64,000 bases of DNA, taken from the sequence record PZ179882.1, one strand, 5' to 3'. Below the pieces are notes generated by a model. It saw only the letters and a program-made list of their open reading frames with translations, had not been told where the DNA came from and did not search any database. Below, piece after piece: positions 38,063 through 48,770 of this stretch. Numbering within the stretch: position 1 is the first letter of the stretch; the number at the start of each line of letters is the position of its first letter. This DNA is from a phage. Position numbers and translations under genes: made by a program.

Positions 38063-38431
38063 TTAATTACCAATCGTATATTTGGGAACGAGTTTCCATT
38101 CATGTTTTTGTTTAAAAGAAATAACTCGGAAGTTATTAGTTAAATCTTTCATAAAAGTTCTTTGACCAGGAACGATTTCAATCAGTCCCCAATCTTCTAA
38201 CAGCCATGCAATCGAATCACGACGAACTTCATCTTCTTCTGTCATTTCAACTTGACGGCCATCCATACGAAGCATTTCTTTAAAATGAACGATATAGTAT
38301 AGTCCTTTTTTCTGGAGAATATGACAGGATTGATACAGAACTTTATCTTTATTATTAGCAATTCCCATGCGAGTCAAGGTTTCTTTAACTTTCAGAAAAT
38401 CTTCAGGTTTTTTAAGAGTAATTTCAATCAT
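38063..38431 (-). CDS. regA: Translational repressor RegA
   Basis: 122 aa as T4 RegA; MIEITLKKPEDFLKVKETLTRMGIANNKDK recognised. Confidence 0.88.
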   Translation of the reverse strand: MIEITLKKPEDFLKVKETLTRMGIANNKDKVLYQSCHILQKKGLYYIVHFKEMLRMDGRQVEMTEEDEVRRDSIAWLLEDWGLIEIVPGQRTFMKDLTNNFRVISFKQKHEWKLVPKYTIGN

Positions 38432-38432
38432 T

Positions 38433-38996
38433 TTACCATTCCAATGCTAGTTTTTTGAGTTGTTTCTGTTCTTTTACGTTCTTAGTCACTTCTTTCAAAA
38501 AATCATCCGTGACTAAACCTTTTAGTTCTTTTAATACTAAAGGAAGTTTTCCATTTTTAGTAAGAATTGATTTATAGTTAATTGCATCATTTGTATTAAC
38601 TTGATACCGCTTAGCAAGTAACTTAATAATCAATACTTCAGTAGAATCTTCAACCAGTTTTGCCCATTTACCATATCTTTTACCCCGAGGAACAGCAGCC
38701 ATCAGATAATTAAAATGGGCTTCATCGCTTAAACCTGATCCAATTAAATTCATAGCATATACAGCTGGCATGCACTCAGGAAATTGTGATAATGCATTCT
38801 CAACCATGTATTTTGAATAATCTTTTTGAGCAATAGAGCATTTAGTTTTATTATTAATAGCTCCAATTATTTCAAAAAACTCATTTTCAGCTTTTTCTTT
38901 AAAAGAATCAGCAGCGGATTGGACAGCTGTCCAATCTTTTGAATACCAAGCAACTTGATGCTCGTTTAATTGAATATCATCTTCAAATAAGCTCAT
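38433..38996 (-). CDS. 62: Clamp-loader subunit gp62
   Basis: Track ORF trimmed to ATG 38994-38996 giving 187 aa [22 protein letters not shown] as in T4 gp62. Confidence 0.85.
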   Translation of the reverse strand: MSLFEDDIQLNEHQVAWYSKDWTAVQSAADSFKEKAENEFFEIIGAINNKTKCSIAQKDYSKYMVENALSQFPECMPAVYAMNLIGSGLSDEAHFNYLMAAVPRGKRYGKWAKLVEDSTEVLIIKLLAKRYQVNTNDAINYKSILTKNGKLPLVLKELKGLVTDDFLKEVTKNVKEQKQLKKLALEW

Positions 38997-38997
38997 A

Positions 38998-39957
38998 TCA
39001 CTTCCACTGCATTTCACATGCCAATTGAATGAAAAGATATGCTAAATGTAATTCAGTATTAGCCGCAATTCCATGATACTGGTTATTTTCACCAACAATT
39101 TCATACATACGAATAATACTTTGCGGAGTTACGCGTGTATAGATTTCTTCGGCAAGTTTACCTACGAACCACGAATAATCAGCTGCATATTTTGGTGCTA
39201 AAGCTCTGAGCTGTTTAACATCTTTATTTTTGAGAGACTCAAGAACATCATCAATAGCACCACGATCGTTAGTAACCAGTGATAAAATACCAGCATCCAA
39301 AACACCTTTAGATGAATAACTATCGAGCTCGCCAATAGTTTTACGAAAATCAGGAAAATTCTTTTTAACCAAAGCTGCTACAACTTTCATATCAGCTATA
39401 GCAATTCCTTCACGCTTGCAGATTTCAGTCAATCGACGAATCATCTGCTTCATCATTTCAATTTTATCTTCATCGGTCGGTTGACCGAACGTAATAACTC
39501 GGCAGCGTGACTGAAGCGGTTTAATAATACCATCAATATTGTTAGCAGTAATAATAATACTACAGTTTGAACTATAAGCTTCCATAAAGGAACGAAGATG
39601 TCGCTGAGACTCTGCTAATCCTGAACGGTCAAATTCATCAATGACGATTACTTTTTGACGACCATCAAATGAAGCGGCGCTGGCAAAATTAGTCAAAGGA
39701 CCGCGAACGAAATCAATTTTACAATCTGATCCATTCACAAACATCATATCAGCATTTACATCATGACACAATGCTTTTGCTACAGTTGTTTTACCTGTTC
39801 CTGGAGAAGGAGAATGAAGAATAATATGTGGAATCTTACCTTTACTTGTAATAGATTTAAAGGTTTCTTTATCAAAGGCGGGAAGAATACATTCATCGAT
39901 AGTAGATGGACGATATTTCTGTTCAAGAATGTGTTCTTTTTCATTTACAGTAATCAT
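38998..39957 (-). CDS. 44: Clamp-loader ATPase gp44
   Basis: Track ORF trimmed to ATG 39955-39957 giving 319 aa [22 protein letters not shown] as in T4 gp44; Walker [11 protein letters not shown]. Confidence 0.9.
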   Translation of the reverse strand: MITVNEKEHILEQKYRPSTIDECILPAFDKETFKSITSKGKIPHIILHSPSPGTGKTTVAKALCHDVNADMMFVNGSDCKIDFVRGPLTNFASAASFDGRQKVIVIDEFDRSGLAESQRHLRSFMEAYSSNCSIIITANNIDGIIKPLQSRCRVITFGQPTDEDKIEMMKQMIRRLTEICKREGIAIADMKVVAALVKKNFPDFRKTIGELDSYSSKGVLDAGILSLVTNDRGAIDDVLESLKNKDVKQLRALAPKYAADYSWFVGKLAEEIYTRVTPQSIIRMYEIVGENNQYHGIAANTELHLAYLFIQLACEMQWK

Positions 39958-39991
39958 AATTTCCTCATTCAAGTTTTAGTGTAAATTATAA

Positions 39992-40005
39992 AGGGCCGAA
40001 GCCCT
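39992..40005 (-). other. Intercistronic C(UUCG)G-type hairpin between 45 and 44
   Basis: agggc-cgaa-gccct. Confidence 0.5.
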
Positions 40006-40008
40006 CTA

Positions 40009-40695
40009 TTAAAAGTCGTGGGTAGAATCGGCTTCAAGAGCTACTACATAATTCGCGTGTTCACCTTCAAATTTAGCAGCACCTTGTTTACCTTTTGCCC
40101 AGAGCAGAAGTTTATAATTTCCTGGTTGCATTTTCATATTTGCCATATTGATAATGAAATTAAATGTATTTTCACCATCATAATCACCAAGAGTCAAAGA
40201 ATATTTAACACGGGTCAAAGCAGAATCTTCTACTTTATTAAAACCGTTAATTACGATTTTACCTTCTTTTACTGTGATAGCAATTGTATCAATCTGCAGA
40301 CCACGAGATACACGCAACAGTTGTTGAAGGTCTTCAGCTTTAATTTCAGTAACAACAGATGCTACCGGGAATGGAATTGGTTTATTAGGAGCAACTACTG
40401 TACTCGGATCGGCTGCTGGCCAAAAAATTGTTGAGCGGGCATCAGCAATTTTAATATTTCCATCTTCTGACTGGGAAATTTCTGCATCATCATTAACTAG
40501 AGACAGAATACCGAGAAAACCGTTCAAATCGTAAATTGCTACATCAAAATCAATAACGTCAGAAATATTTGCTTCCGCATAAGTTGTACCATTAACTGCG
40601 CGAGTCATAATAAATTGACCGGATTTAAGCATAATACCAGAGTTAATAGTAGCGAAATTTTTAAGCAGAGCAGTAGTATCTTTAGACAGTTTCAT
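40009..40695 (-). CDS. 45: Sliding clamp gp45
   Basis: 228 aa; MKLSKDTTALLKNFATINSGIMLKSGQFIMTRAVNGTTYAEANISD matches remembered T4 gp45. Confidence 0.92.
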   Translation of the reverse strand: MKLSKDTTALLKNFATINSGIMLKSGQFIMTRAVNGTTYAEANISDVIDFDVAIYDLNGFLGILSLVNDDAEISQSEDGNIKIADARSTIFWPAADPSTVVAPNKPIPFPVASVVTEIKAEDLQQLLRVSRGLQIDTIAITVKEGKIVINGFNKVEDSALTRVKYSLTLGDYDGENTFNFIINMANMKMQPGNYKLLLWAKGKQGAAKFEGEHANYVVALEADSTHDF

Positions 40696-40750
40696 GTAAT
40701 TTCCTTCAATTCAAATGAGATTTAATTTTATAACTAATTTAATAAAGCAA

Positions 40751-41140
40751 TTAACGATTAAAATCAGCTGCGATTGTTTCGGCAACAATTTGAGCGGCAA
40801 CAATCAGACGTTCATCTGCATTGCCACAATATTCATCTTCAAGGCGTTCACCACATGAAGTCATAATAAATTTAGCACCAGCGTTTAGGGATTCTGTAGT
40901 ATGTTTGCGCATTAGTTCAATCCATTTATTACTTACTTCACGATCGATAGCTTCATAATACGCATGACGAGCAGGTGCAGATTTAATTTTATTCTGAATA
41001 ACTTCCATCGCGTTATCAGAAAGAGACAAAACCCATGCTCGACGAATTTTATTTTGGTTTTGCGGATTTGATTCAGAACGCACGTGTTTTGGCTGAATAT
41101 CTTTTACATCAACAGTATAATTCACAGTAATTTTAGTCAT
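40751..41140 (-). CDS. rpbA: RNA polymerase binding protein RpbA
   Basis: 129 aa, position downstream of 46 and upstream of 45 as T4 rpbA. Confidence 0.7.
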   Translation of the reverse strand: MTKITVNYTVDVKDIQPKHVRSESNPQNQNKIRRAWVLSLSDNAMEVIQNKIKSAPARHAYYEAIDREVSNKWIELMRKHTTESLNAGAKFIMTSCGERLEDEYCGNADERLIVAAQIVAETIAADFNR

Positions 41141-41149
41141 AATACACCT

Positions 41150-41338
41150 TTAGTCATAATAATCAGTAACAGTCCAAGCTTCATTCCTGTTGGACATTAT
41201 TTTCGTATATTCTGATTTAAATGCATTCTTAAGCATAGATTCAGTAACTATATGCTCTTCATTAGAAAAATTATTTCTCAGAATATATCGTTTTATTTCA
41301 GGAATAGTTAATAGATGCTGTCCAGTTGAATATTCCAT
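41150..41338 (-). CDS. Hypothetical protein, 62 aa
   Basis: ORF track. Confidence 0.45.
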   Translation of the reverse strand: MEYSTGQHLLTIPEIKRYILRNNFSNEEHIVTESMLKNAFKSEYTKIMSNRNEAWTVTDYYD

Positions 41339-41393
41339 GTTTTTCCTCCATAGAGATTATACTCTAATAAATTAAAGCATAATCTCTTATAAA

Positions 41394-43076
41394 TTAAACC
41401 ATTACAGTAAATCGACCGACTTTCTTCATTTGAAGATGCTGACCATATTCTTGCGGGTCATGGTCTTTATGCGAAATTATAAAAACATTAGTATTTTTCA
41501 TTGAATTTATAATATTAGCTACGCCTTTAATACCTTCGGCATCAAATGACCCATCAAATACTTCATCAAGAATTAATGTACTAATACTAACACCAGATAC
41601 GATAGAAGCAATATCACGCCAAGTAAATAAAAGAGCAATATCGATTCGTGCTTTTTCACCTTCACTAAATGAAGCATAACTAAAATCTTCACGACCACGG
41701 GATTTAATCGTCTCATTAAATTCTTCATCTAATGTAAACACATAATCCGCTTCCATTATTTTAAGATAATGGTTAATCTGCTTATTAAATAATGGAATGT
41801 ACTTTTTAATAATAGCGCCTTTAATACCAGAATCTTTGAGCATATCAGTCAAAATTCCTCTATGGTATTTTTCCATTACTAAATTAGTTTTTGTCTTAAC
41901 AATTTTATCAAGTTCTTCTTGAAGCAGTGCTATTTCATCAGCATGGTCAATAAACTCGGATGATGCTTTTTCTATAGCCGCTTTAACTTTTTTAGCTTTA
42001 TCTACCGTCGTAATTAAGGATTGCTTTTTATTGCGAATATCATTTGCTAACGTCTGCTGGGTTTTAATATTATCTCGGTATTCATCAACAAGAACTTTTA
42101 AATTATCACGATGTGTTGAAAGCTGTTCAAACGAATGTGTACATTCAGAAACTTTATCTTTAATTTTAGAAACAACTTTATCACCGGAACTTAATTGTGA
42201 CAAACAGGTTGGACATAATCCACCTTCGTGATACATATTAATGACTTTATTATACGAGTCAATTTTTGATTTAATTAAAAATGCTTCTTGACCGATTTTA
42301 TTAAATGCATCAGTCGGGTCTTCATCCAAAACAATATTAACTAATCTTTCATTAGCTTCTTCTATTTCCGATTTTAGCGTTCTAGCTTCTTTTGCCAAAT
42401 CGTCATACATATTCTGCAGACGAGTAAGGTTTTCACCAGACAATTTTTTCTGGCGTTCAACGTTATCATTATATATTTTAATTTGTTGGATAATACTATC
42501 TTTTTTAACATCAAGCACTTGGTTTTGTGAATTTAATTCACGTATTAGTGCTTTATTAAGCTTATCCATTTCAGCTAATGTTCCTACTTCGAGCAGGTCT
42601 TCGACAAGTTTTCTTCTTGCAGGAGTGGATAGGCCCATAAAAGGGGTATATCCAGCCGTGCCGAGTACGACGATCTGTTTGAAACTGGCGTATGACATTC
42701 CGATAAGCTGTTCAAATTCTGCTTGGAAATCTTTACTGCTGGCAGATTCATTAAGACGTGTACCGTTAACGGTGATTTCGAAAACATTTGGTTTTTGTCC
42801 TCTTTTGATATAGTACTTTTTCTCATCATATTCCATCCACAGTTCAACTAAAAGTTCTTTCTTATTTGTGCTGTTTATTAATTGACCTTTCTTTACATCA
42901 CGAAATGGCTTGCCAAAAAGCCCAAATGTGATGGCTTCTAACATAGTAGACTTACCACCACCATTTCGCCCAGTAATAAGAGTTTTTTGAACCTTATCTA
43001 ATTGAATGTCAATAGGATTTCCACCTACTGACATTATATTTTGATACCTAACTCGGTTTAGTTTAAAATTCTTCAC
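41394..43076 (-). CDS. 46: Recombination endonuclease subunit gp46 (Rad50/SbcC-like ATPase)
   Basis: 560 aa as T4 gp46; Walker A GRNGGGKST, coiled-coil middle, CPTC zinc hook; initiates at GTG. Confidence 0.92.
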   Translation of the reverse strand: MKNFKLNRVRYQNIMSVGGNPIDIQLDKVQKTLITGRNGGGKSTMLEAITFGLFGKPFRDVKKGQLINSTNKKELLVELWMEYDEKKYYIKRGQKPNVFEITVNGTRLNESASSKDFQAEFEQLIGMSYASFKQIVVLGTAGYTPFMGLSTPARRKLVEDLLEVGTLAEMDKLNKALIRELNSQNQVLDVKKDSIIQQIKIYNDNVERQKKLSGENLTRLQNMYDDLAKEARTLKSEIEEANERLVNIVLDEDPTDAFNKIGQEAFLIKSKIDSYNKVINMYHEGGLCPTCLSQLSSGDKVVSKIKDKVSECTHSFEQLSTHRDNLKVLVDEYRDNIKTQQTLANDIRNKKQSLITTVDKAKKVKAAIEKASSEFIDHADEIALLQEELDKIVKTKTNLVMEKYHRGILTDMLKDSGIKGAIIKKYIPLFNKQINHYLKIMEADYVFTLDEEFNETIKSRGREDFSYASFSEGEKARIDIALLFTWRDIASIVSGVSISTLILDEVFDGSFDAEGIKGVANIINSMKNTNVFIISHKDHDPQEYGQHLQMKKVGRFTVMV

Positions 43077-43336
43077 AAAAGATTCCTTTTAATGTATCTT
43101 TTAGACCATTCTATCATATCATCATAATCTAAAAAGTATTCATCAAATTCAGCCATGCAAACAACACCTTGCGCTGCTTTTGATGTGATATAAATTATTC
43201 CAACATATCTAGAATCTTCTTCGGTGTAATCAATATTTGCTATGAATTCATCGTTAATGTCAAATGTCGAAAACTTCACAGTATGCATCCTTAATACAAG
43301 ATACAGCCATATCTTGTAATGATTTAGGTGTGTCAT
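43073..43336 (-). CDS. Hypothetical protein (46.1-like); start uncertain
   Basis: ORF track; overlaps next ORF by 77 nt, internal ATG at 43286-43288 is an alternative start. Confidence 0.4.
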   Translation of the reverse strand: MTHLNHYKIWLYLVLRMHTVKFSTFDINDEFIANIDYTEEDSRYVGIIYITSKAAQGVVCMAEFDEYFLDYDDMIEWSKRYIKRNLL

Positions 43337-43523
43337 TATCTAAAATGTTGAAGTTAAAAGATACAGCCCAGTCAGTGCAGACTGTAACCTTTTTAATACA
43401 ATTATCTTCAACCTCTAGCGGTTCAAACCAATATTCAATAATTTCTTTATGCCCAATATCATCTTTTACTTCGCATTCAAAATGCTGACTCATCATAACA
43501 TTTTTAAATTCATCAAAAGTCAT
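43260..43523 (-). CDS. Hypothetical protein (46.2-like), 87 aa
   Basis: ORF track; ATGA coupling with gene 47. Confidence 0.45.
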   Translation of the reverse strand: MTFDEFKNVMMSQHFECEVKDDIGHKEIIEYWFEPLEVEDNCIKKVTVCTDWAVSFNFNILDNDTPKSLQDMAVSCIKDAYCEVFDI

Positions 43524-44539
43524 TGTGTTGCCTCTACATATAACTGATTTGCATATTGAATAAGTGCTTCACGGTCAGAATCAGTGATGTCTGGAATTGC
43601 ATTAATGTATTCTTCCATCAACGTCTGAAGAGATTGAACTTCAACTTCTTCACTGTCATCTGACTCGACAGAGTTATCAATCTTTGACACAACTCGTAAT
43701 GAATGCACAACTTTTTCTAGTTCAGATTCGAACTTCGTTAGATTTTTGTCTACTTCAGTTACTATAACACGTACTGATAGATTTGTAAAATCTTTATAGT
43801 CAATTTTTCCTTTAAATGGATAATGAATTCTACGATGCCAGGTAGTGTTGTTTGGAATAAATTCCATTCGTTCTGTTTCTGTATCAAACATCCAGAACCC
43901 ACGAGGGTCATTCTCGTCACCTGCAGTTAGTGTCCATGGTGTCCCAATATATCTGACGTTAGCAGCCTCAGAGATAGTATGGAAGTGACCAGACCACACC
44001 TCTTTATAAGTCTTAAGGAAATCAGGTTCAAGACCGTGAGATTTCATTCCTTTATAAAAATAAAATCCATTCAGCTCCCAGTGACCGACACAAAAAGAAG
44101 CAGATGAAGTTTTGATGTGTTCAAGAATTTCACCAGTATTTTCTTCACACATCCAAGGAATTAAATCAATCAAACATCCGTCAAAATCTACTGTAGTAGG
44201 CTTATCATATACTTTAACATTAGGATATTTAGCCAAAAGTTCAGTAGAAGCATTTGGAGTTAAAGTATTTTTAAAGTGCATATCATGGTTTCCTACAACA
44301 GTATGTAGGGTAATACCAGCATCATCAAGCATTTGAACTATTTCACGAGCGAACTCCATAGTTTTATGTGTGATTGCTTTTCGCACATCAAAAATATCGC
44401 CATATTGAATCCATGTAGTAATTCCATTTTTCTTAGAATATTCTATTGCTTGTTTAATTCCATCCAACTGAATGGATTGAACCCACTCATCATCGGCTTT
44501 AACACCTAAATGCCAATCACCTAAATTTAAAATTTTCAT
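43520..44539 (-). CDS. 47: Recombination endonuclease subunit gp47 (Mre11/SbcD-like)
   Basis: 339 aa as T4 gp47; phosphoesterase motifs GDWH, GNHD; ATG verified. Confidence 0.92.
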   Translation of the reverse strand: MKILNLGDWHLGVKADDEWVQSIQLDGIKQAIEYSKKNGITTWIQYGDIFDVRKAITHKTMEFAREIVQMLDDAGITLHTVVGNHDMHFKNTLTPNASTELLAKYPNVKVYDKPTTVDFDGCLIDLIPWMCEENTGEILEHIKTSSASFCVGHWELNGFYFYKGMKSHGLEPDFLKTYKEVWSGHFHTISEAANVRYIGTPWTLTAGDENDPRGFWMFDTETERMEFIPNNTTWHRRIHYPFKGKIDYKDFTNLSVRVIVTEVDKNLTKFESELEKVVHSLRVVSKIDNSVESDDSEEVEVQSLQTLMEEYINAIPDITDSDREALIQYANQLYVEATQ

Positions 44540-44676
44540 ATATCAAGAACCGTCATTGAAATGCAAAATAAAATTATTGAAATAAATCCATCTGGAGTAC
44601 TAAAGAATCCAATCCAACATGCTCTAGTGAATAGATAAAACGCTAGAAAAAGTATCACATATCCAAGAAATATCAT
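44536..44676 (-). CDS. Small hydrophobic membrane peptide (46 aa), not in ORF track
   Basis: Hand translation MIFLGYVILFLAFYLFTRACWIGFFSTPDGFISIILFCISMTVLDI; stop TGA overlaps gene 47 ATG (ATGA). Confidence 0.4.
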   Translation of the reverse strand: MIFLGYVILFLAFYLFTRACWIGFFSTPDGFISIILFCISMTVLDI

Positions 44677-44699
44677 TATATCAAACTCCGTATAAAGCT

Positions 44700-44717
44700 A
44701 AAGGGCCGAAGCCCTTT
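44700..44717 (-). other. C(UUCG)G-type hairpin at alpha-gt stop
   Basis: aaagggc-cgaa-gcccttt. Confidence 0.5.
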
Positions 44718-45918
44718 ATTTTGTAATAATGTCAAACTGTTCTTTAAAGCAGAAGCTTGAATCTTGATGCTGATACAAAAATTCATAAGCTTTTTCGCGT
44801 TCGCGATCATAAAGAGCTCGGTCAGATGACAGTTCTTTAATACGTTCAAATGTTGATTCCATGTCATTTTCATCAAACCAAACGATACCGCTATCGTGTG
44901 AAATTAATGGAGTATTATCAACACGGAATTTTAAATTTTCGCCAGTAGATTTCCAAAATACTGGAATTGTTCCACATGCACCAAGCTCGAGATGAGTGTA
45001 TTCTAAAGAACGCTGTAGATATTTTTTGTCCAACTTACTCAGCTGATAACCAAATCCGGATTTACTCATGCGTTCAAGCATTTCGCTATTTACATAACGG
45101 TCGAGAATTTGCGTTGGCAAATTAGGAGCAATTTTAATTTGGTCTACTTGATGAAGACGATAATACTCGTATGGAATTCCTTTTTCTTTAATAGGAATGA
45201 ATGCTGGAGAACGTTCCAGACCTTCCATAATAGTACTTAGTCCTGCAGGTTTAAGATGTTTTTCATGAAAATCAAACATCTGATAAAAGCCTTTCCATGT
45301 AGTAGTACGACCAATCCAACGGTTGATATTCATGTTAATTTCAGAAACATCTTTCCAGTAGGTTGATCGAACCTTCGCAATATCCATAGGAGGCTGAAAG
45401 TTATATACGGTCGGTGCTTCTTCAATATCATCAAACAGAGAAACAGTTTCCGGATACCATTCTTTCATCAAAACTTTATTAAAGTCACCATTATCAGAAT
45501 GGCTAAAAATAACATCAGCTCGACGAACAGTTTCTTCTAATCCCAAATTTCGACGCAAAGAAAGAGAAGAATGGTCATGCTGATAAACTACAACACGAAC
45601 CGAAGGTTTAATGTTATCAATAATTTTTTTATAGTTATTAATGGTGTCTTCTTCTACTGAAGTAGCAGGAACTGAATTGATAATTAAAATATCGCAATCA
45701 TTTACCAGTTTAAGTGTTTTATCGTATTCTTTTGCCAATAAAACCGGAATTGAAAATGACTTATAATCATGTGCGCAATTACGAGTAAATGATTTATCTT
45801 TAGCATAAACCAAAGTTACTTCATGACCATTTTTAATAAACCAATCACGTTGCTCAAGAGAAAATTTAGTTACACCGCAACCTTCAAGACCTCGAGCCAT
45901 AAAAATACATACTTTCAT
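44716..45918 (-). CDS. agt: DNA alpha-glucosyltransferase
   Basis: 400 aa; ICIFMARGLEGCGVTKFSLEQRDWFIKNGHEVTLVYAKDKSFTR and C-terminus ...SSFCFKEQFDIITK match remembered T4 alpha-gt. Confidence 0.92.
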   Translation of the reverse strand: MKVCIFMARGLEGCGVTKFSLEQRDWFIKNGHEVTLVYAKDKSFTRNCAHDYKSFSIPVLLAKEYDKTLKLVNDCDILIINSVPATSVEEDTINNYKKIIDNIKPSVRVVVYQHDHSSLSLRRNLGLEETVRRADVIFSHSDNGDFNKVLMKEWYPETVSLFDDIEEAPTVYNFQPPMDIAKVRSTYWKDVSEINMNINRWIGRTTTWKGFYQMFDFHEKHLKPAGLSTIMEGLERSPAFIPIKEKGIPYEYYRLHQVDQIKIAPNLPTQILDRYVNSEMLERMSKSGFGYQLSKLDKKYLQRSLEYTHLELGACGTIPVFWKSTGENLKFRVDNTPLISHDSGIVWFDENDMESTFERIKELSSDRALYDREREKAYEFLYQHQDSSFCFKEQFDIITK

Positions 45919-46161
45919 TTAATATCCTCATTGTTTTGGTTTATTTTACCAAAAATTTATAAAGCAATATAGGAGCCGAAGCTCCTATCCGCATAATACG
46001 CCATACAGAGGCTCATTAGAGCTTCTAAATTTTATACGCTTATATGTTATAGTTCCTTCTGCTTTAGCTTTATCATGAGACTCTTTAAAGTGTCTCATCA
46101 TTTCTACTTTAGAGGAACGAATTTTATTATAATCTATTTCAGAAGTCTGGGTGTTCATCTT

Positions 46162-46368
46162 TCACAGTTGCCACCATTTTTTGACTTGATAAGAATCAAC
46201 CCACACTTTCATATTAGGGTCTGCTCTTACAATAGGAGGATTAACTTCTTTGATTGAACTATCATGGTATTCTTTTTCAGAAATTTTCACGCAAAGATGA
46301 CCATTCAAAGATTCAGTAAATCCTGCATTAATTTTAAGACGCTTGAATTTTACGTGTGTAAGCATCAA
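46162..46368 (-). CDS. Hypothetical protein, 68 aa
   Basis: ORF track. Confidence 0.4.
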   Translation of the reverse strand: MMLTHVKFKRLKINAGFTESLNGHLCVKISEKEYHDSSIKEVNPPIVRADPNMKVWVDSYQVKKWWQL

Positions 46369-46651
46369 TCATATCCTCAATCTGCGATCTAGTAGTCTTC
46401 CAAAGAATACTAATGAGTTCATCGTTATATGGCTGTTTTAGAATATCCCGACTTTTCTTGATAGCATATTCGTATTGAGCAAAATTATTGTTTTCAGCTG
46501 CAATCTGAGCGTGTTTATAAAGACGGTTCAGTTCGCGTTTATTTTTAGACAATAACTTATTTGCTTTTCTTTCTGCTTCAAGACGGTTCTTTTCTTCAAT
46601 AGAAGAAATAAGCTTTTCCACTTCATCATTAATTTCGGGTTTATCAGTCAT
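46334..46651 (-). CDS. Hypothetical protein, 105 aa
   Basis: ORF track. Confidence 0.5.
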   Translation of the reverse strand: MTDKPEINDEVEKLISSIEEKNRLEAERKANKLLSKNKRELNRLYKHAQIAAENNNFAQYEYAIKKSRDILKQPYNDELISILWKTTRSQIEDMIDAYTRKIQAS

Positions 46652-46652
46652 A

Positions 46653-46871
46653 TTATTTCTCTAATATAAAATAAAAATCATCATCTGTTAAATGATACCG
46701 ATAGTTTAATTCTACACCATTAGATTTAAAAGCGGTATCATACGGATTTTCTGGATCAATATCAATGTCAAGAGCTAAAACTTCCCTGAGATACATTTTA
46801 AGTAAATAGGGAATAGCTTCAACTTCAGGTATTTCTTCCAAGAATCCGGAGAGGTTAATCGTTAGCCTCAT
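46653..46871 (-). CDS. Hypothetical protein, 72 aa
   Basis: ORF track. Confidence 0.5.
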
Positions 46872-47412
46872 ATAAAAAATCCAAACTAGGAGAATCGTCT
46901 ACAACACTTTTCTTTTCAGCCCCCGGTGTTCTATAGGTTGATTCTTCGTAATGCGTCATTTTATCGTAGATGTCTTGAATAAAAGTTTCATCTACTAACG
47001 CAACCATATCGTCGTCACGACTGTCATAGACATTGTGAACGAAGTAACTGTATTTCTTTGCAACTTCCTTACGTTCTTTTTTAATACGTTGGACGAATGC
47101 ATTAAAACAAGCTTGAGTTATATATGCATGCGGGTTTTTATATTTCGTTTCATCAAAATTATGAAGCCCCTTAATAGAAGCTTCTATACCATCTGCAATC
47201 ATTTCTTGTTTCCAAGACTGGGTGTATCCTGAAAAGTTGAAACGTTTAGATAAGCCTTCTGCAATAAGCATAATGGCTAATCCGATGGTATCATTCTGAC
47301 GAACTACTTTATTTGGGTCTTTATTATTTGCTAATTCTGTTTTCCAATCAATAATAGCTTGTAAAAGCTCTTTATTGTTTACGTAATTATATTTAGGCTT
47401 AGTTTCTGACAT
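46855..47412 (-). CDS. 55: Late-transcription sigma factor gp55
   Basis: Track ORF begins at GTG; ATG 47410-47412 gives 185 aa [23 protein letters not shown] as in T4 gp55. Confidence 0.9.
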
Positions 47413-47490
47413 TTTCACCTCTTAGCTCAATTCATAGATCTATTATATCATAATATTTGAAGATCTATCTTAAAGCATAGAGGATATCAG

Positions 47491-47760
47491 TTATCTAAGT
47501 AAACAGTATGCTTGGAACACTTTCTCCATCATCTTTTTAAATTCATGAATATCTATGTAATGACTAGTTAAATCAGCATGATATAAAAAGTCTAAAAACT
47601 TTTCATGTGTGCTAACATATTCACTTTCATTTAATTCAGAAACATGGCTTTCCCAATATCCAACACCAGTCTTATTTGGGAAAAATGAAATTTTCATATA
47701 TTGGTCAACATAGAAAATTCCATAATTTTCAATAGTAATAGAAATATTAATAAATTTCAT
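47491..47760 (-). CDS. Hypothetical protein, 89 aa
   Basis: ORF track. Confidence 0.5.
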   Translation of the reverse strand: MKFINISITIENYGIFYVDQYMKISFFPNKTGVGYWESHVSELNESEYVSTHEKFLDFLYHADLTSHYIDIHEFKKMMEKVFQAYCLLR

Positions 47761-47972
47761 ACATTCATCAACTTAGCCGCTTCAAGAGCTGCATCTAGTG
47801 AATCAAATTGGTCAACGTATTCAATCAATTCGCCATAATTAGCGTATAACCACCATTGGCTAAATTCATACTCAAGGATGAATCCATTTCCTTCAATTTG
47901 AGTTAAACCAATGCCATTTGTATTTACTTCATATCCAGCAAGACGCAAATCGTTAATAAGAGCTTCGTTCAT
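47757..47972 (-). CDS. Hypothetical protein, 71 aa
   Basis: ORF track; ATGA coupling. Confidence 0.5.
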   Translation of the reverse strand: MNEALINDLRLAGYEVNTNGIGLTQIEGNGFILEYEFSQWWLYANYGELIEYVDQFDSLDAALEAAKLMNV

Positions 47973-47974
47973 AA

Positions 47975-48301
47975 TTATACCTTAGTAATTTTCAGGTCTG
48001 CAAATTTTTTCTTACGTTGATTTTTCATGCGACGAATAGTTTTATCGGAAATTTCATGCTTTTGATAAGCTTTAGATTCTACACCAAAAGCTTTAACATC
48101 AAATTCTGACAAGATATATTGAACCAACAATTCACGGACAGTATTGCGTCCAATCTTCTGATCATTCTGTTTCATCATCTGATGAAGCTCTTTTTCCCAT
48201 TTATCCAAAATTTGAGGAGTTACAATATCGCCTTTTTCTAGCAAAGAAACTACTTTATCATATGCGTAAGAATTGATGGCGTTTTTAATTTGAATAGTCA
48301 T
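47975..48301 (-). CDS. Hypothetical protein, 108 aa
   Basis: ORF track. Confidence 0.5.
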   Translation of the reverse strand: MTIQIKNAINSYAYDKVVSLLEKGDIVTPQILDKWEKELHQMMKQNDQKIGRNTVRELLVQYILSEFDVKAFGVESKAYQKHEISDKTIRRMKNQRKKKFADLKITKV

Positions 48302-48353
48302 ACATTATCCTCAATTACGTTAAAATTTTATTATCCAAAAAGGGCCGAAGCCC

Positions 48354-48554
48354 TTAGCTAAACTTTTTGGCACCCTTCCAGCCTTCGTACATCATTGCGG
48401 CTGATATTAATATTGCCCCTGAACAGCTTGAATATTTGTGATTCCAAAACCAGTTCAGAAAAACTTCGTCATCAATACCTTGGGCTATCATATTTTCAAA
48501 GAACTGACGACGAGCTTCGGCAATTCGTTGTGATAATTTAGATTCAGGATTCAT
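48354..48554 (-). CDS. Hypothetical protein, 66 aa
   Basis: ORF track; preceded by GGGCC hairpin. Confidence 0.5.
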   Translation of the reverse strand: MNPESKLSQRIAEARRQFFENMIAQGIDDEVFLNWFWNHKYSSCSGAILISAAMMYEGWKGAKKFS

Positions 48555-48770
48555 TTAAATTTTCCAGTTACCATTTTCATCAATGAATTTAATCCAGTCA
48601 TTTACTGACCACTTGGTCGTATCGCCTTTTGGAGCAACATTTAAAGTGTATAATCCTTGTTTAAAAAGCATTCGTTTGATATTCATATTTTCCTCAGCTG
48701 TAACGATAGCACTCGTTTGATTTACGCTTAGCAACTCGTTGAGAAGTATTGTAATCAAAATCATCGTCAA
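48555..48770 (-). CDS. Hypothetical protein; start uncertain (internal ATG at 48684-48686 possible)
   Basis: ORF track; overlaps next ORF in another frame. Confidence 0.4.
   Translation of the reverse strand: MTMILITILLNELLSVNQTSAIVTAEENMNIKRMLFKQGLYTLNVAPKGDTTKWSVNDWIKFIDENGNWKI

Noticed and set aside
44676-44876. 66-aa minus-strand ORF overlapping the alpha-gt 3' end
   Set aside because: Out-of-frame overlap with the well-supported alpha-gt gene; the real small gene in this interval is 44536-44676.
47437-47475. Repeated AGATCT-containing motifs upstream of gene 55 as a possible regulatory palindrome
   Set aside because: Short and AT-rich; could not distinguish from chance or from an ordinary MotA-type promoter.
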